Below, one piece after another: positions 1-8,891 of a stretch of 12,494 nucleotides of DNA. The notes below the pieces were generated by a model that was given only the letters and a program-made list of their open reading frames with translations, made no database searches and had not been told where the DNA came from. This stretch comes from Tubiluchus corallicola (lineage: Eukaryota; Animalia; Priapulida). The DNA is taken from positions 1-12,494 of the forward strand of contig JAQGDQ010002160.1 in assembly GCA_030141605.1 (NCBI GenBank). The letters run 5' to 3'. Every line of letters starts with the position of its first letter. Position 1 is the stretch's first letter. The translations under genes were made by a program, and so were the position numbers.

Positions 1-3
1 TTT

Positions 4-455
4 CATTAGTAACATTTACAGTAAGAATAGACTATAACTACACAAGCTGACAAGTTTTACTACAAGATTACATTAGACATTAGTAACATTTACAGTAAGA
101 ATAGACTATAACTACACAAGCTGACAAGTTTTACTACAAGATTACATTAGACATTAGTAACATTTACAGTAAGAATAGACTATAACTACACAAGCTGACA
201 AGTTTTACTACAAGATCACATTAGACATTAGTAACATTTACAGTAAGAATAGACTATAACTACACAAGCTGACAAGTTTTACTACAAGATTACATTAGAC
301 ATTAGTAACATTTACAGTAAGAATAGACTATAACTACACAAGCTGACAAGTTTTACTACAAGATTACATTAGACATTAGTAACATTTACAGTAAGAATAG
401 ACTATAACTACACAAGCTGACAAGTTTTACTACAAGATTACATTAGACATTAGTA
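4..455. repeat. 74-bp minisatellite, ~6.1 copies
   Basis: Unit CATTAGTAACATTTACAGTAAGAATAGACTATAACTACACAAGCTGACAAGTTTTACTACAAGATTACATTAGA starts at 4, 78, 152, 226, 300, 374 and 448 (partial). Only one variant was seen (C217). Confidence 0.98.
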
Positions 456-523
456 GAAAATGACGGTTAGAAAATATTAATGTACGAATATTTAAGAATG
501 ATGCATTTTATATCAGATAGAAA

Positions 524-970
524 CTACTGGAAGCGTTTAGTACGTAATATAAAGTCATGTATACATTGGAATATTTTACAGTTAGCAACATAGTTAAATT
601 CATCTTTACCGAATAATAACAACTTCAACAGATCATTATTTCCTAAGGCAGCTATATTAAGGTTTTCGGGCAGAAGTATTTCATTTAATTTATCAAACAT
701 AACAACCCTAGCTAGTTGATACAATGGGCAGTGCAACAAAAAGTGTTCAACAGACTCAAACCGAAATCCACAGTTACAATTCGGCAATATTGGATGAGCA
801 TTATTATCTTTACAGCCTTTAGAGAAAAGGTCATAGTTTAACTGAGAAAATCCGATTCTCATGCGCGTATGATGCACTGATATTGGAGGTTTATCAAACG
901 AAAAATGTTTGTTACGCAACGAAAAACTTAAATGAGATTTGAACTCTTGTTTCAATTGTGAAATGGATGT
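524..970 (-). pseudogene. C-terminal fragment of non-LTR retrotransposon ORF2 (CR1-group-like, Cys/His zinc-binding tail), 5'-truncated
   Basis: The translation contains HTRMRIGFSQLNYDLF...CNCG...ESVEHFLLHCPLY..R...LLLFG...FILRTKRF, the typical C-terminal region downstream of RT in invertebrate LINE ORF2. The start is non-ATG and no RT or endonuclease domain is present. Clade assignment is from motif recall. Confidence 0.8.
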
Positions 971-1446
971 AGCGTTACTGTTAACGCAAGCTCTGCACGC
1001 AATTAGACATCATGTAAGTAAGTGGTACAAAATTTCTAAACGAATTTTTTCAGTTTTATTTATGAAGAGCGTTTTCGTGCGCTTTAAAATTTAATTTTTC
1101 ACATGTTGGAAGACATCACATGTATCAGGTAATGTGAGATGAACGGAATGAAACCACTGCACTACTCGCCACACCCCATGGGTTGGCTTCCCTGGTTTCT
1201 AAGCCGTCACGCTTGAGTTGCGCTCTTGTATTTATCAGCTAGAATCATTGGCTGGAAAACGCAGCGCAGCAATCCTTAATTAATACAAATTTAATCCTAA
1301 TTTGCACTCGTTAGCGCAATAATTAACGTAATTTAAAGCTCGGAGCTTTATCTACACGCAGTATAGGTTATTCTTACGGACAAACGCAAAGTAAAAGACA
1401 AAAATAATAAAGAATAATAAAGAAGAAGTTTGAAGCAGCATTTTAA

Positions 1447-1905
1447 CCCTTTCATATCCGTTGTATCCCATGGGATACGAGAATATTTTCTGACTTTAAA
1501 ATTAATAAAATTTTAAAACTGACATTTATTTGATCCTTTTAATAGTTATTTTGATTTAAGCCAATAACAATAGACTAAAAATAGTGATAAAATAGCAAAC
1601 TAGAAAATCTACATAGCATAAAAAACTGCGCAAGGTACAGTACTTTAGAGACGACTTTGTACAGATCAGCATAGCATGCATACTAAACGTCTTAAATACT
1701 TTAAAATATTATCAGCAGTTGCAAAATGAAGCACATTTTATGCTTCCATTGAATCCCAATGTATCCCGTGGGATACAGGCTATATTTAGCACGCGGGCAC
1801 TGGCAGAAAAAATAATTATTATGTGTAAACAAGATGCACATACTGAACAAAAGTACCAAGCCGAAAAATTTTTCTTATTAAAAAAATAATTTGGGACTGA
1901 AAGGG
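1447..1905. mobile_element. Non-autonomous piggyBac-type element (MITE), 459 bp
   Basis: TTAA (1443-1446) CCCTTTCA...TGAAAGGG TTAA (1906-1909). A TTAA TSD with CCC/GGG termini is characteristic of piggyBac. Internal palindromes GTATCCCATGGGATAC (1463-1478) and GTATCCCGTGGGATAC (1761-1776). No transposase. Confidence 0.85.
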
Positions 1906-2896
1906 TTAAAATATGAAGACCGTATGATTTTACGTATATTGTATATTTTATTTTAAAAGTACAAGAATATTTAAATTTTTATCTGCATTGTACAATTTTA
2001 AATTTTATTCCTTGACATTTAAGTTTCTTACAACTATGAGCTGTGTGCTTTCACGCCCCTCTGACAAATTGCTACCAAACAATTCGTTTCATTCCCGAAA
2101 ACGTGGACAACAGCTGTGATTCGTCTGGCGATTGTAGTTTTTTTCTTTAAAGGAAGACAGGATGAGTTTTCATAAACTACCCCACTTTCAAGTACGGTAA
2201 AAAGTATACGTTTTAACACGGTTAATACTGCAAAAGCGTTTCTGACAATTAAGTAATAAATTAAAAACCTAATTAACGACATGCGAGCCCAAGTATTGAT
2301 GACATCACAAACTAACATAATTTTCAACAGCAAAAATGTTCCACGAGCATGTTGCACGTGTTTGCGAAAGCGAAAATTGAAATACAGTGCTACTGTAAGA
2401 GACTCAAGATGCTGTACTAAAACTAGGCAAATTTTAAGATAAAAATTCACATTTCAAATTTACCGCTGTGCTCACGCATGAGCTGTCGAACGTGCGTAGT
2501 TCGTCACAATCTAACACATCTCAAATGGGAAGTACAGCAGCTGTTTTTGTGCACTGCGTTTCTGAAATGCAGGCGCTAGTGCCCGTCTAACTAGTGAATG
2601 GCGAAATGCATGTAACAGCGAAGAACTAGTAGCGCGAACGCCAAATTGTGTTTGTGTGGTAACAATTCTTTTACGTCAGCCAGTTTTGGAAAAAATAAAA
2701 GTATGTTTCCTTTCAATATTTTAAACAGTAGCTTTGAACAATATTTTAAACTTGTTCTGATCTACAGTTTAAGATTGGATACGGTTTTGCTTTAAATTTA
2801 AAAACGATAGTCCTGCTAATTAAAATTATTATACAGACAAAAAAATCTTAATAACATTACGAGAATGCGTCAGACAAGTTACATGTTTTATTATTC

Positions 2897-3449
2897 GTTG
2901 TTGTTGTTGGCATCCTTCTGTCTCGGAAGACAAAGGAGTGTGCGCCAAGAGAGTCAGTTATTGATCACATTGATGGAGCTGCAGTGTCGACTGTGGCTGA
3001 GCAGTGCGATCCTTGAACGTCTCCAGGGCGCACGCCTGGGCCAGGTGTATGGAGATCCTGAGTTGCCCAGACGACAGGAACCCCCCCTCTTCCTCCCTGG
3101 TGTAGTCCAAAGGAAAGCGGAGCGATACGTTTGACACCAGGCTGGCTGCAGGAGCTGCCGGAGTCAGTGAGCATGCTGCACTGGTCCGCCTTCGGGGCTC
3201 CACTCCTGATTTGGAAGGTTTACTCCTCTACACATGGCCGTTGGGTCTATTGACCTCCTCCGCCCTCTAGCCGTTGGCTGCTTGTACAGCTCCTCCGCCT
3301 AGTGACGAGATACAGTGTGGGCATCCCGCAAGCCTACAGCACCTGGTATTCCTACGCGGTCACCCATCCAAGTACTAACCAGGCTCTATGTTGCTCAACT
3401 TCGGTGATCAGATGAGAACCGGTGTTTTCAACATGATATGGCAGTAGTT
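2897..3449 (-). mobile_element. Candidate 5S-derived SINE (SINE3-type): 5S head, GC-rich body and (CAA)n tail, ~553 bp
   Basis: GC-rich island with sharp borders in AT-rich DNA. It has a 5S head, no T4 run on the sense strand, and a tail (GTT)4 on + at 2897-2908. No TSD was found. Confidence 0.65.
3330..3449 (-). rRNA. RNA5S: 5S rRNA sequence, full length but degenerate (likely pseudogene or SINE head)
   Basis: Reverse complement reads AACTACTGCCATATCATGTTGAAAACACCGGTTCTCATCTGATCACCGAAGTTGAGCAACATAGAGCCTGGTTAGTACTTGGATGGGTGACCGCGTAGGAATACCAGGTGCTGTAGGCTT (120 nt), colinear with metazoan 5S. Helix I has 3 mismatches and no oligo-T terminator follows. Confidence 0.93.
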
Positions 3450-4532
3450 GATTCATTGTACATCACGAAATTTTGATTTTGCCAAATAACAATTTCTAAA
3501 TTGACCTCCTCCGCCCTCTAGCCGTTACTCGTACTACAGTACGTTTTCAATATTTATTTTGCACAATTAATAACTCAATTACTCAGTTAGTTAGTCTAAA
3601 TTAACTGGCAATTATTCAATGAATGGAATCTCACGATCAAATCTACGAATCCATGTTTTCCACATTTATTTGTTGTGGTAACTTATTACCACCAAACCCA
3701 CTTGCATGTAACCAGAGCAGATTTTTGACTGAGACCAGAATCGAACCCGAAACTACAAACACAAACTAAAACCAAATGATATATAAATATATTACTGAAA
3801 CGAAATAAAATGGAATGAAATAAAAAATTACAATAGTAAATATTTTTTCAAGGTTAGTAATGTAAAAACTAAATAAATGTTAGAGGCTAATTATGTAACA
3901 ATTCGTCCCATTTCACAAAAGTCTATCTGAGTTACTAATTCCAAGCGGAATATTTCAAAAGAAGACCGGACGATTGTTTAGACTCAATCTCATTTTATTT
4001 TACTGTCCAAAATATACATTTTCTTGCCTATAAAAGTTAACAATTGTTCCTTATATTTGAATAATTAGCTTAGAAAGTTAATTAACGGCAACCGAACGCA
4101 GCTATTGCTTACGTCAGAAACTAACCACAGTTTGTGCAATGGCAGGCGTCTTCGCTTGCGCATCAAGCACATTTGCATAAGTGTTACAGTACTGTTTAAA
4201 CGCGTAATGTCACGGAAATGGGCTCTACATCACATGACGTCAGAAACTAACATTGCAGTTCATGATCATGGTTATCAAGGTACCGTCTTCTATTTGTCGG
4301 CCACGCGAATGTGACAAAAAGGCGCCGCTGCCAATCTTAGTAGATTCACTGAGCCGCTCGTAGTTTTGAAAGCTCAACGAAAATTGAGTTTCCGGGGTAA
4401 TTATTATTTAATCTAAGCTTTGATTTAAAATAAGCTATTGTAGTTTTCAATATTTTAGAGCATTCTTTATTCTGAACTCGTGTTGACACAATCATCCGGT
4501 TTTCCTTTAAGCCTTGATTTAGTAGGACGTGT

Positions 4533-4619
4533 AATGAATGAATGAATGAATGAATGAATGAACGAACGAACGAACGAACGAACGAACGAACGAATGAATG
4601 AATGAACGAATGAACGAAT
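4533..4619. repeat. Compound microsatellite (GAAT)n(GAAC)n(GAAT)n
   Basis: Read directly from the sequence. Confidence 0.97.
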
Positions 4620-5180
4620 TATCTATGAAGAGAGTTTTCTTGTGTTTTAACAATTAACCTTCATAATTGATTTTATCGGAGGCGCATTTGTCTTCCCATT
4701 GTCTCGTCACCTCCCTGTCAGTGCTCTCACTTCGACGTGTGCGTCTCTAATCGCCTCTTTTGTCTAAGGTTGGTATCCCCCACACCTGACGCACATTAAC
4801 GCACATTTATTAGCTATTACAGTACAATCACATGTAATTTATTAATGCGGGGAATAGTTGGACACCTAGACATTCTATTGTTTGAGAAAATTACAGCGAG
4901 GCAAGTTGGTCCGCGGGGATCGATAGGCGAGAGAACTCTGTTTGTTATCACCAGATGTCGCTGTTTGCGTGTCAATTGATTGTAGGCTGTAATTTAACCA
5001 GGAAAATTAGCAGTTTATTCACACACCACGCGTGCGATGGAGGTACCGTTTTTGTATTTTTTGTTTATTTGTTTATATTTTGCTTTTGTATTTTCTAATG
5101 GTTTGTTTACACAAAAATTGTGTTTACACATAAATAAATATTTACTAAATTCAGTCACTTATTTAATTATTTGTTTATTT

Positions 5181-5622
5181 ATTCATTTATTCATTCATTC
5201 CTTCATTCATTCATTCATTCAGTCACTTATTTATTCATTCATTCATTCATCTATTCGTTAATTAATTCATTCATTTATCAATCCAGTCATTCATTCATTC
5301 GTTCATGGTTTCATTCATTTATTCATTCATTCATCTATTCGTTCATTTATTCATTCATTTATCAATCCATTCATTCGTTCATTCCCTCACTCATTTATCA
5401 TTCATTCATTTATCATTCATTCATTCATCTATTCGTTCATTCATTCATTCATTCATTTATCAATCCATCCATTCATTCATTCATTCATTCATTCATTCAT
5501 TCATTCATTCATTCATTCATTCGTTCGTTCGTTCGTTCGTTCGTTCATTCATTCATTTATCCATTCATTCATTCATTTATCTGTTCGTTCATTCGTTCAT
5601 TCATTTATTCATTCATTTATTC
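5181..5622. repeat. Degenerate (ATTC)n/(GTTC)n microsatellite
   Basis: About 440 bp of TTCA-type repeats, purest at ~5470-5556. It explains the FIHS-repeat ORFs. Confidence 0.97.
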
Positions 5623-5863
5623 TGCAACAAAGTACATAATTCATTTATATAGCAACGCTTTGAACTCAAAAGTAACTGTTTTTTAACTAACTGTAACTTT
5701 ATATTAACATCAAGTTAATTAACTATTTATTTACGTATTTATTTATGTAAATATCTGCATGACATTGTGGGCATTTGTAAATAAACAAACTCAATTTTTT
5801 GAAATAAAGTAAGTTGATTAATCAATCAATCAATCAATTCATTCATTACACGTCCTCCTAAAT

Positions 5864-6336
5864 CAGGTTTGTGCCCGCCGAGAGATCTTGTGTGGCCCAC
5901 GAAGAGGTTTGTCAACCTAAAGAAAGTGCGGCCCGGGTGATTAATTGAGTGTATCCAGCTGAAGTCCATGCCACGATCCCAAAGATAGTGCGGGTAGTTT
6001 TTTCTACTAGATCGGATGCCATTAATCCTTACAAGACGGTTGTAGCTTAATGTCACTGTACTACTCAGACTGTGTGATACACATTACTAATATGCATTGC
6101 AATGAAATTACCACTATCTGTCCTGAAAGTATAAATATATGGTTTGTAATATAAATTTTAATAACTTCTAAAATAGTTTCTTGAGTGTAGTAGTAATGAT
6201 GTGCGCAGATTGGATGCAAAAAAATCGTTATTAGGCCTTTCTGTACTTGGGTCCTTGATCAAACTGTCTGTGGCCCGCAGGAATTGCGGGAAAGTTTAAT
6301 ATGGCCCGGCTAGTCAGATAATTTGCACACGTCCTG
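5864..6336. mobile_element. hAT (Charlie-like) non-autonomous remnant
   Basis: Begins CAGG and ends ...TTTGCACACGTCCTG, with clustered (T/C)GGCCC subterminal motifs near both ends (~5872-5936 and ~6270-6308). It is flanked by an 18-bp direct repeat. TIRs are degenerate and the family call is from pattern recall. Confidence 0.45.
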
Positions 6337-6684
6337 CTAAATCAAAGCGAAAAATTTTCACACACCAAATTTTACCACAAAACTCATAATATAGAAAACT
6401 CATTTCACCCAGTCGTAGCCAATAGATAACTATTCAGACTGTAAGAGTTGATTAGTAATTGATGAAGCTCATGTCTCACTTTCCATAAAACGTGTCCAGC
6501 TCTCAGCTTCCCAAATCGATACACAGTCTACACTGTGACTATTGGTAATTAAAAGTCTTTGACACTAATAGTGTCATTGAGCCATGGTTAATTAATGATA
6601 CTGCAGTCATATGCGGAGGCAAGACAATGTAGTTTTTGTCCTGTACAAGCGATTATTAAATGTTCCAGGTTTTTCAACAATTGG

Positions 6685-6935
6685 TTAGAATAGCGAATTA
6701 CTCTCTAGGGGGTTTTAGTTTGTGTTTGTAGTTTCGGGTTCGATTCTGCTCTCAGTCAAAAAAAATCTGCTCTGGTTACATGCGAGTGGGTTTGGTGGTA
6801 ATGAATTTTTTTAGTATAGCGAATTAAGCGAATTACTCTCTAGGGAGGTTTTAGTTTGTGTTTGTAGTTTCGGGTTCGATTCTGGTCTCAGTCAAAAATC
6901 TGCTCTGGTTACATGCAAGTGGGTTTGGTGGTAAT
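6685..6935. repeat. ~110-125-bp direct duplication straddling the inner boundary of the right arm
   Basis: 6692-6802 matches 6827-6935 (AGCGAATTACTCTCTAGGG...GGTTTGGTGGTAAT), with an extra AGCGAATTA duplication at 6818-6835. Confidence 0.93.
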
Positions 6936-7170
6936 AAGTTACCACAAAAAATAAATGTGGAAAACATGGATTCGTAGATTTGATCGTGATATTCCATTCA
7001 TTGAATAATTGCCAGTTAATTTAGACTAACTAACTGAGTAATTGAGTTATTAATTGTGCAAAATAAATATTGAAAACGTACTGTAGTACGAGTAACGGCT
7101 AGAGGGCGGAGGAGGTCAATTTAGAAATTGTTATTTGGCAAAATCAAAATTTTGTGATGTACAATGAATC

Positions 7171-7290
7171 AACTACTGCCATATCATGTTGAAAACACCG
7201 GTTCTCATCTGATCACCGAAGTTGAGCAACATAGAGCCTGGTTAGTACTTGGATGGGTGACCGCGTAGGAATACCAGGTGCTGTAGGCTT
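7171..7290 (+). rRNA. RNA5S: 5S rRNA sequence, full length but degenerate (likely pseudogene or SINE head)
   Basis: Identical (120/120) to the reverse complement of 3330-3449. Box A-like AGTTGAGC at ~7220 and box C TTGGATGGGTGACC at 7249-7262. It is followed by GCGGG instead of a T run. Confidence 0.93.
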
Positions 7291-7923
7291 GCGGGATGCC
7301 CACACTGTATCTCGTCACTAGGCGGAGGAGCTGTACAAGCAGCCAACGGCTAGAGGGCGGAGGAGGTCAATAGACCCAACGGCCATGTGTAGAGGAGTAA
7401 ACCTTCCAAATCAGGAGTGGAGCCCCGAAGGCGGACCAGTGCAGCATGCTCACTGACTCCGGCAGCTCCTGCAGCTAACCTGGTGCCAAACGTATCGCTC
7501 TGCTTTCCTTTGGACTACACCAGGGAGGAGGAGAGGGGGTTCCTGTTGTCTGGGCAACTCAGGATCTCCATACACCTTTCCCAGGCGTGCGCCCTGGAGA
7601 CGTTCAAGGATCGCACTGCTCAGCCACAGTCGATGCTGCAGCTCCATCAATGTGATCAATAACTGACTCTCTTGGCGCACACTCCTTTGTCTTCCGAGAC
7701 AGAAGGATGCCAACCAACCAACACCAGGGATGAAGAGAGGGAGTTCCTCTTGTCTGGGCAACTCAGGATCTCCATACACCTTGCCCAGGCGCCCTGCAGT
7801 GGTTCAAGGATCGGATTGCTCAGCCACAGTCGACGCTGCAGCTCCATCAATGTGATCAATAACTGACTCTCTTGGCGCACACTCCATTGTCTTCCAAGAC
7901 AGAAGGATGCCAACAACAACACC
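7171..7923 (+). mobile_element. Candidate 5S-derived SINE with doubled 3' portion (7517-7720 and 7721-~7923)
   Basis: Mirror of 2897-3449 plus a second, diverged ~200-bp copy of the 3' part beginning ACACCAGGGA. Both copies end GAAGGATGCC followed by a CAAC/CAA-type tail. Confidence 0.65.
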
Positions 7924-8891
7924 GAATAATAAAACATGTAACTGGTCTGAAGCATTCTCGTAATGTTATTAAGATTTTTTTGTCTGTATAATAATTTTAA
8001 TTATCAGGACTATCGCTTTTAAATTTAAAGCAAAACCGTACCAATCTTAAACTGTAGATCAAAACAATCTACTCTTTAAAATATTGAAAAGAAACATAGT
8101 ATTTTTTCAAAAATGACTTAGGTGAAAGAATTATTACCACACAAACACAATTTCGCGTTCGCGCCATTAGTTCTTCGCTGTTACATGCATTTTGCCATTC
8201 GCTAGTTAGACGGGCACTAGTGCCTGCATTTCAGAAACGCAGTGCACAAAAACAGCTGCTGTACCTCCCATTTGAGATGTGTTAGATTGTGACGAACTAC
8301 AATCGTTCGACAGCTCATGCGTGAGCACAGCGGGAAAATTGAAATGTGAATTTTTATCTTAAAATTTGCCTAGTTTTAGTACAACACCACGAGTCTCTTA
8401 CAGTAGCACTGTATTTCAATTTTCGCTTTCGCAAACACGTGCAACATGCTCGTGGAACATTTTTGCTGTTGAAAATTATGTTAGTTTGTGATGTCATCAA
8501 TAGTTGGGCTTACATGTCGTTAATTAGGTTTTTAATTTATTACTTAATTGTCAGAAACGCTTTTGCAGTATTAACCGTGTTAAAACGTATACTTTTTACC
8601 GTACTTGAAAATGGGGTAGTATATGAAAAATCATCCTGTCTTCCTTTAAAGAAAAAAACTACAATCGCCAGACAAATCACAGCTGTTTTCCACGTTTTCG
8701 GGAATGAAACGAATTGTTTGGTAGCAATTTGTCAGAGGGGCGTGAAAGCACACAGCTCATAGTTGTAAGAAACTTCAATGCCAAGGAATAAAATTTAAAA
8801 TTGTACAATGCAGATAAAAATTTTAAATATTCTTGTACTTTTAAAATAAAATATACAATATACGTAAAATCATACGGTCTTCATATTTTAA

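Larger units (their letters stand above)
4..3773. repeat. Left arm of large inverted duplication (reverse complement of 6847-~10750)
   Basis: Colinear reverse-complement match throughout. Inner coordinates sum to 10620 (3773/6847, 3449/7171, 3249/7371). Mirrored ORFs are 524-955 vs 9811-10203 and 2034-2450 vs 8346-8762. The outer end may lie outside the window. Confidence 0.97.
4511..6348. repeat. Inverted-repeat-bounded unit within the spacer (possible non-autonomous TIR element)
   Basis: GCCTTGATTTAGTAGGACGTGT (4511-4532) pairs 20/22 with ACACGTCCTGCTAAATCAAAGC (6327-6348), and 4515-4543 pairs 28/29 with 5837-5865. No TSD was identified. Confidence 0.55.

Noticed and set aside
4-455. Regular repeats as a CRISPR array
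   Set aside because: Units are head-to-tail with no unique spacers, the context is eukaryotic, and there are no cas genes.
2034-2450. 138-aa ORF open in both arms (mirror 8346-8762)
   Set aside because: GTG start, no recognisable domain, and 7 amino-acid changes between near-identical copies, so there is no sign of purifying selection.
2566-2642. Helitron 3' end (several CTAGT with GC-rich neighbours)
   Set aside because: No convincing subterminal hairpin and no definable 5' TC end.
2865-3203. Short overlapping ORFs in the GC-rich body (also 7417-7955)
   Set aside because: They occur on both strands in several frames with no motifs, as expected by chance in GC-rich SINE-like DNA.
3330-3449. 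Functional 5S rRNA gene or 5S tandem array linked to snRNA/SL RNA
   Set aside because: Helix I mismatches, no T-run terminator, no tandem organisation, and no recognisable U snRNA or spliced-leader sequence nearby.
5037-5686. ORFs 5037-5261, 5171-5686 and 5305-5652
   Set aside because: They are translations of the TTCA microsatellite and T-rich low-complexity sequence (FIHS repeats).
7291-7720. HDV-like or hammerhead ribozyme in the SINE body
   Set aside because: I could not assemble the nested double pseudoknot or find a CTGATGA/GAAA core by eye. An Infernal/Rfam scan would be needed.
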